Origin: an uncultured Methanomassiliicoccales archaeon
GTDB lineage: Archaea; Thermoplasmatota; Thermoplasmata; Methanomassiliicoccales; JAAEEP01
DNA: 44,013 bases
NCBI GenBank assembly: GCA_964594225.1
Contig: CAZQLP010000003.1
Location: 1 to 44,013, forward strand
Direction of reading: 5' to 3'
Numbering within the stretch: the first letter of the stretch is position 1; each line of letters starts with the position of its first letter. The notes below the pieces were generated by a model, which had not been told where the DNA came from, searched no databases, and worked only from the letters and a program-made list of their open reading frames with translations. This document shows positions 1-8,552 of this stretch, piece after piece. A program made the translations under genes and the position numbers.

Positions 1-1928
1 TGGTCCAGGCGCAGATCGTAGTGGTCTATGCCCGTTCCGCTGTCCGAGCCCGTCCACTCCACAGTAACGAAGGTGACGTTGGTCACCGACCCATCGGGGG
101 GAGATGCAATGATCAATTGCGGAGCGAGGGTATCGACCTGGAATGAGGCTGAATCGGTCGCATTGTTGCCGGAACGGTCATGGGCCCTGACCTGGACGCT
201 GTGGGATCCCTGGTCAAGATCGGTGAAGGCATAGCTGATCTGGGTCCCCACGTTGATCCAAGGGGAAGAATCCATCTTGATCTCGTAGTGGTCGATGCCC
301 GATCCCGAGTCAGATCCATTCCACCCTATTACGAGGGAGGTGGAGGCCAGCACTTGACCCTCCGTCGGGGAGGATATCGATATGGATGGAGAGGTGATGT
401 CCTCACTGGTGTCCATGGTGTTCGTCACGTATCCTGGATTGGTCATGGGAACGTCGGGCGACTCGCTCGATCTCTGGGTGAAGGTCCCGGGCACGTATCC
501 TCCGGAGTAGATCTCGATGCGGAATGATGATGTGTCACCGGCAGTGTTGGATGGCGATATCTCCAGGTAGAAGTCCTGATCCCCCATACTGTAGTATGCC
601 TGAAATTCGGTTATGTCCAGGCACATGAAGTCAGGGAAGACGTGGGTGTATCCGTTCCCGTTCTTGGAGTAATAGGGGTCAATGTGATCCACAGGTGAGG
701 AGCGGGAGCCTATCCCGACCTCGAAATCCGCCTCCCTGGTCGGGGCCGAGTCGAATTCCCAAGTGGCCAGGATAGATGGATCGTAGTCATTAATGTCGAC
801 CAGATATCGGAGGCAGAGGAGGTTTCCGATCTCCTTGAACGCCTCGTATGTTATCCAGTAGTACCCATCATCTCCCCATCCAGACCCCCAGGAATTGACC
901 ACCTTGAATGCCCCGGTATCCCCGTCATCAGCGCATGAGTCGTCGTAGCCCACCACGGTCTGGGCATGGTTGATCGTTGAAGAATCGTACTCCGAGGAGG
1001 AGATGATGTAATTGCCGTCAGAGAATCCTGGAGTGTACTCCCCGGCATCGATGGCGAATACGACCGGCGTACCTGAGGAGACCAGGTCCTTCACCGTATC
1101 TACCGTGCTGTCGCCGGAGTAGGATATGGAATGGGAATCATAGGAGCGGTGGAGCGGGGCCTCCCTCCAGGCGGACTCGTTTCCCCAGCTGGTGTAATCG
1201 TGCCAGTCGTACTCCATGTTCGCGAGCGACGGAACGCCCCAGTCCCTGATGATCCTGCTGTTGCTGTTCATCGAGGATCCGGAGTCGTATCCCCCGTTCA
1301 CCATGTTATAGGTGAACGCTGGGGACATGAGATGGGCATCGTTGCCGGTGGAGGCGTCGGCCCATTCGTTGTCCTTGGCCTCGAGATATCCATAGGCGTA
1401 GTATGTGACCGCCCATGCGGCACATGATCCCTGCCCGCCCTGACTCCTCACCTCAGGGAAGTATGGGTCGGTTGAGAGGTCGTATGATGTGGGGAAGGAG
1501 AGGGTGGTCATCTCCCCGGCCTCCAGGACTATCAGGCTCCCCACCATCTCGCCCCATTCCGCTTCCGTGGGAGGAGCGAGACCCGTCCCGTGATCCTCGA
1601 TAAGAAGGTTGTATTCCTTCATTGAATCGTAGGTTCCGACCGCGGCCTTAAGGGAATCAGCCTCCTCCAAGGTCAAATAATGGAGGCTGTCTGGTGACTG
1701 GGCATAGGTCAGCAGAAGACCCTCCGTGGTCAGGTCATTTCCACCATCAGGTCCGGGCATGGCTTCGTCCTCGAATTGCATCTGAGCGGAGGAGGAGTCG
1801 CCACAGCAGGCTATCGCAGGGAATCCGCTGAATAGAATGCCGATCGGCATTATCAGTGCGAATATCCCAACTGCGAAAATCGTTATTATCCTTGAACGAT
1901 CCTTTGTCCCTCTTGAGGTCCCCAGCAT
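1..1928 (-). CDS. Papain-like (C1 family) cysteine peptidase, N-terminally membrane-anchored or secreted, with C-terminal repeated Ig/FN3-like domains. Partial: the 3' end runs off the left edge (at least 642 aa).
   Basis: Not in the supplied ORF track because there is no stop inside the window. I read every plus-strand triplet at positions 3-5 up to 1926-1928 and found no TTA, CTA or TCA, so the minus frame is open. ATG is at 1928-1926 and an in-frame stop lies just upstream at 1940-1938. The translation starts MLGTSRGTKDRSRIITIFAVGIFALIMPIGILFSGFPAIACCGD (hydrophobic anchor followed by Cys-Cys). It then has RSQGGQGSCAAWAVTYYAYGY (oxyanion Gln plus catalytic Cys, codon 1424-1422), INHAQTVVGYDD (His, 968-966) and VVNSWGSGWGDDGYYWITYE (Asn-Ser-Trp). 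The C-terminal part carries two copies of W-x-G-S-D-S-G-x-G-I-D-H-Y about 89 aa apart. Confidence 0.8.
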   Translation of the reverse strand, partial: MLGTSRGTKDRSRIITIFAVGIFALIMPIGILFSGFPAIACCGDSSSAQMQFEDEAMPGPDGGNDLTTEGLLLTYAQSPDSLHYLTLEEADSLKAAVGTYDSMKEYNLLIEDHGTGLAPPTEAEWGEMVGSLIVLEAGEMTTLSFPTSYDLSTDPYFPEVRSQGGQGSCAAWAVTYYAYGYLEAKDNEWADASTGNDAHLMSPAFTYNMVNGGYDSGSSMNSNSRIIRDWGVPSLANMEYDWHDYTSWGNESAWREAPLHRSYDSHSISYSGDSTVDTVKDLVSSGTPVVFAIDAGEYTPGFSDGNYIISSSEYDSSTINHAQTVVGYDDSCADDGDTGAFKVVNSWGSGWGDDGYYWITYEAFKEIGNLLCLRYLVDINDYDPSILATWEFDSAPTREADFEVGIGSRSSPVDHIDPYYSKNGNGYTHVFPDFMCLDITEFQAYYSMGDQDFYLEISPSNTAGDTSSFRIEIYSGGYVPGTFTQRSSESPDVPMTNPGYVTNTMDTSEDITSPSISISSPTEGQVLASTSLVIGWNGSDSGSGIDHYEIKMDSSPWINVGTQISYAFTDLDQGSHSVQVRAHDRSGNNATDSASFQVDTLAPQLIIASPPDGSVTNVTFVTVEWTGSDSGTGIDHYDLRLD

Positions 1929-2265
1929 GAAGTCGCCCTATACGTGGGGTTCGACTTGAGGATAGAAAAGGGCTGTTTCGATATTATCAATCACCCGATT
2001 ATTATGGGTGAATATCATCATAGATAGGGGCGGTTTTCAACAATGCCTGGGTTATAATTAAAACGGGTTTCATATATTGATAAGGAAATAAAAAAGTGCT
2101 TCCTGAACCCTCACAGAAGAAATGCTCTTGGTATCCATCGGATGATGGATAAGAAACCATTGTTCGAGCATGAGAACGGTTGATATTTATTCGTATTTCG
2201 TTAAAATATAGAGGTTATTCGGAATATGGGTGTTAGATGACAGAAACGGAAAATAGTAGACGAAC

Positions 2266-2275
2266 AATAATTATA
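2266..2275 (+). promoter_or_regulatory. Candidate TATA box for the larA-like gene
   Basis: AATAATTATA lies 25-34 nt upstream of the ATG at 2300, inside a 360-bp AT-rich divergent intergenic region. This spacing would give a leaderless or near-leaderless mRNA. A second AT box, TTAAAATATA, is at 2201-2210. Confidence 0.3.
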
Positions 2276-2299
2276 GGGAGTTGCTAATTGGCGATAACA

Positions 2300-3586
2300 A
2301 TGGGCAGGACGAGATTCTCTGTCTTCTGTGGTGATGAAGAGGACCAATTCGAGATTCCGGAAAGAGGGCTTGCCTGGGAACTATGGCCAGAGGAGGCCGC
2401 GATGGTCGAGGACGAGGAAGCGGCCGTGATGGAGGCCTTATCCAGGCCAATAGGAAGTGAAAAGCTTGGAGAGATGGTGTCCCCCGAAATGAAGGTGGTC
2501 ATACTGGTGGATGACTTCACGAGGCCGACCCCCAGAAGGACCATACTCCGGTTACTGCTTGACGAGCTGAATGATGCGGGCATAAACGACGATGACATCA
2601 CCGTAATAATCGCCTTAGGGGCCCACAGGTACATGACCGAGGAGGAGATCATTGACTGTGTGGGGAAGGAGAACCACTCGCGCGTGAAGGTGATCAACCA
2701 CGAGTGGATGGAGGATGAGAATCTCATCGACCTAGGCGAGACCGAGAACGGCACACCGATCAAGGTCAACAGGATCGCCTACAATTCCGACTTCCTCATA
2801 GGGGTTGGGAGCATCGTTCCCCACTGCTTTGCTGGCTTCTCGGGAGGGGGGAAGATCGTACAGCCCGGAATAACCGGGCCGGTTACGACGGCAGCAATGC
2901 ACTTCCTGATCTGCCAGGATGACGAGAAGATTCTCAGCTTCGCCGGCACCACCCAGAACAAGGCATTGGATGAGATAAGGGCGGTCGCCAGAGAGGTGGG
3001 TCTCAGATTCCTGGTGAACGTGGTGTTCAATTCCCGTAAGGAGTTGGTTCAGGTCGTGGCCGGGGACATGGTCGCGGCCCACAACGCAGGCATGGCCAGG
3101 TCCAAGGAGATCTTCGTCAAGGAGATTGACGAGAAGGTGGACATAGTCATCATGGAGGCCAGACCCGCCGACGCGGACATGTGGCAGGCCACCAAACCGT
3201 TCTCGTACGCCCGGAGGACAATACGGGAAGGGGGAAGTCTCATCTTCGTGAGCGCCGCTCCGGACGGAATCGGCAATCATCCTTTCATCTCGGAGAAGGG
3301 CACCTCCAGCTACGGTGAGATCAAGGACATGATGCTCTGCGACCAAGTGGAGGATAGGGTAGCGGGGGCCATACTGCTGGTGATCAGGAAGTCGACCCAG
3401 GACGTGGACACATACATGGTGTCCAAGGGACTCACGCCAGAGGAGAAGGCATCGATGGACCTGATCCACGTGGAGACCGTTCAGGAGGCCATCGACAGGG
3501 CGCTGGAGAAGCACGGGGAGGAGGCACGGATAGGCATCATACACCATGGCGGTGACGTTCTTCCCGTCCCCCCGGATATGAGGTAA
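2300..3586 (+). CDS. LarA-family (lactate racemase-like, nickel-pincer cofactor dependent) 2-hydroxyacid racemase/epimerase, paralog 1
   Basis: The track ORF 2288..3586 starts on TTG; I prefer the ATG at 2300. Motifs are VVILVDDFTRPTP, ALGAHRY and VPHCFAGFSGGGK followed 16 residues later by His (AAMHF). This is the LarA pattern: two catalytic His, a Lys that tethers the cofactor and a His Ni ligand. The length (about 428 aa) fits LarA. Confidence 0.85.
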   Translation: MGRTRFSVFCGDEEDQFEIPERGLAWELWPEEAAMVEDEEAAVMEALSRPIGSEKLGEMVSPEMKVVILVDDFTRPTPRRTILRLLLDELNDAGINDDDITVIIALGAHRYMTEEEIIDCVGKENHSRVKVINHEWMEDENLIDLGETENGTPIKVNRIAYNSDFLIGVGSIVPHCFAGFSGGGKIVQPGITGPVTTAAMHFLICQDDEKILSFAGTTQNKALDEIRAVAREVGLRFLVNVVFNSRKELVQVVAGDMVAAHNAGMARSKEIFVKEIDEKVDIVIMEARPADADMWQATKPFSYARRTIREGGSLIFVSAAPDGIGNHPFISEKGTSSYGEIKDMMLCDQVEDRVAGAILLVIRKSTQDVDTYMVSKGLTPEEKASMDLIHVETVQEAIDRALEKHGEEARIGIIHHGGDVLPVPPDMR

Positions 3587-3654
3587 CCCCATCCAAGCGA
3601 TTAGTTATTCAATCTTCAAGATCCATATAGGATGATAGAGAATGGAGGAATTAG

Positions 3655-3951
3655 ATGAGCAAGGCCATCGTGCTGAGCGCGGAGGATAACGTCGCGACCG
3701 CGCTCGGCGAGATCAAGAAGGGCGACATCGTGACCATCAAGAACGGTGAGGAGATGAAAGTCTCCATCACCCAGGACATACCCTATGGTCACAAGTTCGC
3801 CATCAGGGATATCAAGAAAGGAGAACGCATCATGAAGTACGGTGAGGTTATCGGCGGTGCCACCTCCGACATCGCGAGAGGGGACCACGTCCATGTCCAC
3901 AACATCGAGAGCCTGAGAGCCAGGGGCGACCTGGCGGAGGGGGCGGAATAA
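3655..3951 (+). CDS. UxaA/GarD-family dehydratase, small N-terminal SAF-domain subunit
   Basis: MSKAIVLSAEDNVATALGEIKKGD...YGHKFAIRDIKKGERIMKYGEVIG is the typical SAF-domain N-terminus of altronate/galactarate dehydratases. GGAGG at 3644-3648 precedes the ATG at 3655. Confidence 0.8.
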   Translation: MSKAIVLSAEDNVATALGEIKKGDIVTIKNGEEMKVSITQDIPYGHKFAIRDIKKGERIMKYGEVIGGATSDIARGDHVHVHNIESLRARGDLAEGAE

Positions 3952-3952
3952 G

Positions 3953-5119
3953 ATGCCCGTCGACACATTCCAGGGTTACGAGAGGGAGAACGGTTCCGTG
4001 GGCGCAAGGAACCACGTGGCCATCCTTCCCTCCGTGGTGTGCGCCAACGAGGTCGCTACCAGGATAGAGAACAGGGTGGAGAACGCGAGAGGCTTCCTCC
4101 ACCATCAGGGATGCATACAGATGGGAAAGGACCTGGAGATGACCAGACGCTCCCTGGTCGGCTTCGGGTCAAATCCCAACTGCCATTCCGTGCTCGTGGT
4201 CAGCCTAGGCTGCGAGGCCATTGACCCCCAGAGGCTGGCCGACGATATAGCGAGGACGGGCAAGAGGGTCGAGGTGGTGGGCATACACAAGGAGAGCGGT
4301 ACCCTCAACGCGATCGAGAAGGGAGTCAGGATCGCCAGGGAGATGGCCCAGGAGGCCTCCTCATGCACGAGGAAGGCTTTCGACCTCTCCAACCTTACCG
4401 TGGGCATCAAGTGCGGGGCGTCAGATACCACATCAGGATTGGCATCGAACCCCACCTCGGGCCACGCGGCGGACATGATCATCGACCGCAATGGAACGGT
4501 CATCGTCGGGGAGACCACCGAGATCATCGGTGCCGAGCACATCATGGCGAAGCGGGCAAAGAACGAGAAGGTGGCCAAGCGCCTCCTTGATATCGTGAAT
4601 AGGATAGAGGAGGAAGGGATCAAGACCGGTGTCGACATAAGAGGATCCCAGCCAACGCCCGGCAACATAAGGGGCGGTCTATCCACGATCGAGGAGAAAT
4701 CCATCGGGGCAATAGCGAAGGCGGGAAGCAGGCCCATTAACGAGGTCATGGAGTACGCCGAAACGCCGACCGAAAGGGGTCTGATCGTCATGGACTCCCC
4801 CGGGAGGGAGGTCGAGGTCGTCTCTGGATTCATGGCGGCAGGGGCCCAGGTAGTTGTGTTCTCCACAGGTCTCTGCGCACCCTTCGGCCTGCCTGTGGTA
4901 CCCGTGATGAAGGTCACTGGCAACCCCAATACCGCCAGGACGATGGCGGACGACATCGATGTGGATGTCTCTGACATCATCACCTCTGGCACCACCATCC
5001 CTGTGGCGGGAGAGCGGCTATACGACGAAGTGCTGAAAATCGCCTCGGGCAAGAATACCAAGGCCGAGATTATGGGCTACCGCTTCGTCGACATCTGGAG
5101 GGTGGGACCCACACTCTAG
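3953..5119 (+). CDS. UxaA/GarD-family sugar-acid dehydratase, large catalytic subunit
   Basis: FQGYERENGSVGARNHVAILPSVVCANEVA, GCEAIDP, GIKCGASDTTSGLASNP and GETTEIIGAEH are typical of the altronate/galactarate dehydratase C-terminal domain. The junction with the SAF gene is TAAgATG. Confidence 0.85.
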   Translation: MPVDTFQGYERENGSVGARNHVAILPSVVCANEVATRIENRVENARGFLHHQGCIQMGKDLEMTRRSLVGFGSNPNCHSVLVVSLGCEAIDPQRLADDIARTGKRVEVVGIHKESGTLNAIEKGVRIAREMAQEASSCTRKAFDLSNLTVGIKCGASDTTSGLASNPTSGHAADMIIDRNGTVIVGETTEIIGAEHIMAKRAKNEKVAKRLLDIVNRIEEEGIKTGVDIRGSQPTPGNIRGGLSTIEEKSIGAIAKAGSRPINEVMEYAETPTERGLIVMDSPGREVEVVSGFMAAGAQVVVFSTGLCAPFGLPVVPVMKVTGNPNTARTMADDIDVDVSDIITSGTTIPVAGERLYDEVLKIASGKNTKAEIMGYRFVDIWRVGPTL

Positions 5120-5415
5120 GAAAGCGGGGGTATGACGCCTCACGGGCGCGCTGATATCTCTCACACTCTCTCTACGATATGAGCCCCCATCGAAAATGAT
5201 CACCACCGTTTACCTCCGGGATTCGTTGAAGAGGTGAATCACTGACCCTTCACCAACATTGATGATATTTGGAGGAAGGGGGCGGGTTCTCCTCAGGAAC
5301 GCCGAGGATCCTCCACATGGCGTGAGACATGATGTGTGGCATGAGCTTAGGATAGGGAAGATTGTTCAATCTCCAACCCGTGAGGCGGAAATGAATTCTT
5401 AGCGAAGGGGTCCGA

Positions 5416-6699
5416 CTATTTCGCCTTCACGAACATATCCTCATCATCCACGATGTTTAGGTCGTGGAGCTTGGCGTAATCGAATCCCTCGTTGAGCAGG
5501 ATGTCCTTGATCCCCGTTACATCGATCTTCCGCCTGATCAACTCCCCGAAGATGCCCGCGTTCTCCACCTGACCGATGCAGACCGCTCCCACCAGACGGC
5601 CTTCCTTGATGGCGATCTTCCTGTAGAAGTTCCTCTCAGGATCGAAGGCCGACAGGAACTCGTAGGCCGGGTCTGGCTTGCGCAGTTTGGTGATGCCCAT
5701 GCTTATCGATGGAAGCCCGAAAAGCTCCACCGAGTTCATCCCCATCCCGCCCTCGTACTCGATGCTGCCGCCAGCCATGTTCTGCCCTGCGACCTTGCCC
5801 TGCTCCACCGCATTGGGCCAAATGGCATGGATGTAGTGACCACCGTTGACCAGGTCCTTGGCCTCCGCCACGTCCCCCGCGGCGTAGATGTTCGATATGC
5901 TGCTCCGCATGTGATCGTCCACCAGGATGCCGTAGTCGGTTTCGATGCCGGCATCCACGGCCAGTTGGATGTTTGGATTCACGCCCTTTCCGAAAATCAC
6001 CATGTCGATCTCCATCACCGCACCGCTGGATACCCTGATCCCCTCGACACTGTCACCTCCGAGTATCTCCTCCACGCTCGTGCCCGTCATGACGTGCAGT
6101 CCGTTCTCCTCCAGCCGGTCCTGGATGATCTTCGCACCCTCGGGATCTATTGTCTGCGACATGACCTGCTTGGAGGTGATTATGACCCAGGTCTCGATCC
6201 CGCGGGCGTGCAGGGCATCGGCGGTCTTCAGGCCCACCAGGCCACCGCCGAGCACCGCGGCCTTCTTGCCACTGGTGGCCATTGCGACGATCTTCTGGGC
6301 GTCCTCGAACCTCCTCAGAGCGAAGACGCCGTTCTTTTTGTTCCCTGGCATATCATAAATCACTGCGCTGGCCCCGGTCGCCAGCATCAACTGCTCGTAG
6401 CCCAACCGCGTCCCGTCCTCAAGACCTACCCACTGCTCGTTGGGATCGACCTTGACGGCCTCCCTGCCCAGGAAGGGTTCGACCTTCAAGTCCTCGTAGA
6501 ACGTCTTGGGTCTGAACAGGAGGCCGTCCTTGTCCAGCTTGCCCTTGATGTAGTATGATGTCAGGCAGCGGGAATAAGCGAGCATGTCCTCGTCCGAGAT
6601 CACCGCTATGCTCCCGTCTTTGTCCAGCTTCCGAATGCCCTCCACTGTGGCTATACCGGCGGCGCTGTTCCCGATTATGATGTACTTGAAGCTGTCCAT
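5416..6699 (-). CDS. FAD/NAD(P)-dependent pyridine nucleotide-disulfide oxidoreductase family protein
   Basis: FKYIIIGNSAAGIATVEG (FAD Rossmann fold), AAVLGGGLVGLKTADAL (NAD(P) Rossmann fold) and IYAAGDVAE. I trimmed the track start (6756) to the ATG at 6699 (MDSFKY). That ATG sits 1 nt after the upstream ferredoxin stop. Confidence 0.75.
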   Translation of the reverse strand: MDSFKYIIIGNSAAGIATVEGIRKLDKDGSIAVISDEDMLAYSRCLTSYYIKGKLDKDGLLFRPKTFYEDLKVEPFLGREAVKVDPNEQWVGLEDGTRLGYEQLMLATGASAVIYDMPGNKKNGVFALRRFEDAQKIVAMATSGKKAAVLGGGLVGLKTADALHARGIETWVIITSKQVMSQTIDPEGAKIIQDRLEENGLHVMTGTSVEEILGGDSVEGIRVSSGAVMEIDMVIFGKGVNPNIQLAVDAGIETDYGILVDDHMRSSISNIYAAGDVAEAKDLVNGGHYIHAIWPNAVEQGKVAGQNMAGGSIEYEGGMGMNSVELFGLPSISMGITKLRKPDPAYEFLSAFDPERNFYRKIAIKEGRLVGAVCIGQVENAGIFGELIRRKIDVTGIKDILLNEGFDYAKLHDLNIVDDEDMFVKAK

Positions 6700-6700
6700 T

Positions 6701-7243
6701 TCAACCAGACTCCTCTGCGATCTCTTCCCCCATCGATCCGGGGATAGCGTCGACATCCACCACGATTATGGCGCTGGTCTTGCAGGCCTCAACGCAGGCC
6801 GGGACATCGCGACCAGGGCACATGTCACACTTGATGATCACCTTGGCCGCCGGATCTCTCTTGATGGCACCGTACGGGCAGGCCATGATGCACATCCAGC
6901 ACCCGACGCACTTGTTTGTATCGTGTATCACCACACCGTTCTCGGTCTTGCTCAGCGCTCCAGTGATACATGCATCCACGCACCGTGGGTATTCACAGTG
7001 CCTGCAACGCAGAGCGTAGACGGCCTTTCTGGGAAGCTTCTTCTTAGATTCACCGAAGGGTGCTCTCCGCTCCTCCTCATCCCTTACCCTGATCCCCCTC
7101 TGTATCTTTATCCGGGACTGTGGCTTTGGATCCTCCCTCATGGCCTCCGCGAAACTATCAGAGGAAGAGTGCACCTTCGCACAGGCAATCTCACATGCCT
7201 TGCAGCCAAGGCACTTGTCCAGGTTTATCATGATCTTCTTCAT
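6701..7243 (-). CDS. 4Fe-4S dicluster ferredoxin-type protein (CooF/HycB-like electron-transfer subunit)
   Basis: Multiple CxxCxxCxxxC(P) clusters: CLGCKACEIAC, CRHCEYPRCVDAC, CVGCWMCIMACP and CDMC...CVEAC. Start taken at the ATG at 7243 (MKKIMINLDKC) rather than the track start at 7288. It is coupled to the downstream oxidoreductase. Confidence 0.8.
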   Translation of the reverse strand: MKKIMINLDKCLGCKACEIACAKVHSSSDSFAEAMREDPKPQSRIKIQRGIRVRDEEERRAPFGESKKKLPRKAVYALRCRHCEYPRCVDACITGALSKTENGVVIHDTNKCVGCWMCIMACPYGAIKRDPAAKVIIKCDMCPGRDVPACVEACKTSAIIVVDVDAIPGSMGEEIAEESG

Positions 7244-7296
7244 CAAGCATACCCCTAGTGAAATCGATGAATTTCCGTTCTCAAGCAAGTGCGGAT

Positions 7297-7349
7297 GTCC
7301 GTAATCTGCGTACGGACTAGGCCCCCACAGATTTCATGGATATAATAAT
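7297..7349 (-). promoter_or_regulatory. Candidate promoter (TATA-like ATTATTATAT on the minus strand, plus-strand coordinates 7340-7349) with a 7-bp inverted repeat at the predicted transcription start
   Basis: GTCCGTA (7297-7303), a 7-nt spacer, then TACGGAC (7311-7317). The repeat is about 54 nt upstream of the ferredoxin ATG. The AT box is about 25 nt further upstream on the minus strand. Confidence 0.25.
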
Positions 7350-7624
7350 TTTCGCAATTTCAATCGATATTTACCTAATACATTCTTCATCGTTCCTGGA
7401 ATATGCAGATTTCGTAACACCTAGAAGTCACCATCGGGGAATAGTCGGATTGATACGATGACGGGATTCGAAACGAGGGGATCCAGGGGGTCGTCAGCAC
7501 CCGCAGGAATTCACTGAACCACAGGGGATTCTAGGAGAGGTGTTCGACAATTGACCTTTGAAAGATTGAGGTCCATTGAAGAGGGAATGAAAGGAGTTAA
7601 AGGAGTGTCGCCATTGAGGTGAAC

Positions 7625-8551
7625 ATGAAGGTGGCGAATCACATACTTGAGCTGAGCGGCAACACACCCATGGTAAGGCTGAGAAGAATCGTCCCGGAGA
7701 GCGGGGCGGATATCCTGGTCAAGCTCGAGTTCTTCAATCCCAGCGCCAGCGTGAAGGATCGCATAGCCCTCTACATGATAGAAGAGGCGGAGAAGAGGGG
7801 GGAACTCAAGCCCGGATACAGGATCGTCGAGGCCAGCACCGGTAACACCGGCATCGCGTTCTCGCTCGCCGCGGCGATCAAGGGTTATCCTATCACCATC
7901 GTCATGCCTGACAGGATGAGCGAGGAGAGAAAGATGGTTATGACCGCCTACGGGGCGGAATTGGTGTTCACCCCTGGCACGGAGGTGAACGTGGACAGGG
8001 CCATGACCAAGGCGAAGGAGATCCTGGCCAGCGATAACAGAGCATGGATGCCTGATCAGTTCGAGAATATTGACAACGTGAAGGCCCACCAGCTCACCAC
8101 AGGACCGGAGGTGGTGGAGCAGGCTGGAAGGGGGCTCAGGGCATTCGTGGCCGGTGTGGGATCGGGGGGTACGCTGATGGGCACTGCTAGGCATCTCAAG
8201 GAAAAAGGAATCGAAGCCCGAATCGTCGCGGTGGAACCAGAGGGATGCTCCGCGATACTCCACGACCAGAAGGGGGACCACAGGATAGAGGGCATAGGCG
8301 ATGGATTCATCCCCAAGGTGATGGACATCGAGCTGATCAGCAGCGTGGAGATAGTGTCGGATGAGGAGGCAATTGCAATGGCCAGGAGAATGGCTAGAGA
8401 GGAAGGGATACTCTGCGGCATCTCATCCGGCGCAAACCTGATAGCGGCCCTCAGGGTCGCGGAGGAGATGGGACCCGGTGACAGGGTGGTGACCATGATA
8501 CCAGATACAGGCATGAGATACTTCTCCACCGACCTGTTCAAGATGGAATGA
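7625..8551 (+). CDS. cysK: Cysteine synthase (PLP-dependent O-acetyl- or O-phospho-serine sulfhydrylase)
   Basis: LSGNTPMVRL, KLEFFNPSASVKDR (PLP lysine), EASTGNTGIAF and GVGSGGTL. The track start is GTG at 7619. The ATG at 7625 has GAGGTG 4 nt upstream. Confidence 0.85.
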   Translation: MKVANHILELSGNTPMVRLRRIVPESGADILVKLEFFNPSASVKDRIALYMIEEAEKRGELKPGYRIVEASTGNTGIAFSLAAAIKGYPITIVMPDRMSEERKMVMTAYGAELVFTPGTEVNVDRAMTKAKEILASDNRAWMPDQFENIDNVKAHQLTTGPEVVEQAGRGLRAFVAGVGSGGTLMGTARHLKEKGIEARIVAVEPEGCSAILHDQKGDHRIEGIGDGFIPKVMDIELISSVEIVSDEEAIAMARRMAREEGILCGISSGANLIAALRVAEEMGPGDRVVTMIPDTGMRYFSTDLFKME

Positions 8552-8552
8552 T

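Noticed and set aside
2732-3592. Long ORFs antisense or out of frame to confidently assigned genes. Examples: 2732-3592(-), 4105-5061(-), 5464-6558(+), 7511-8281(-), 12056-12823(-), 12793-13407(-), 19934-20641(+), 20752-21444(-), 22137-22871(-), 24774-25469(-), 28638-29171(-), 29441-30034(-), 31673-32434(+), 33373-33993(+), 36511-37566(-), 37728-38621(-), 41780-42490(+), 42599-43264(+).
   Set aside because: They are typical shadow ORFs of a GC-rich genome. Their translations are low-complexity and rich in Arg, Pro, Gly and His, with no recognisable motifs. Each is fully covered by a gene on the other strand or frame that has strong family signatures.
3655-5119. Possibility that the SAF (98 aa) and UxaA large (388 aa) ORFs are one gene broken by a frameshift (a pseudogene)
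   Set aside because: The two parts are in different frames, but each has its own proper start. The TAAgATG junction looks like translational coupling. Two-gene UxaA architectures are common, so I treat it as a genuine split enzyme.
7380-7618. About 240 nt of non-AT-rich sequence between the nearest AT box and the cysK start: possible riboswitch, sRNA or small ORF
   Set aside because: Only very short ORFs are present (up to 19 codons). I could not identify any convincing conserved stem architecture or known motif by eye. Left unannotated.
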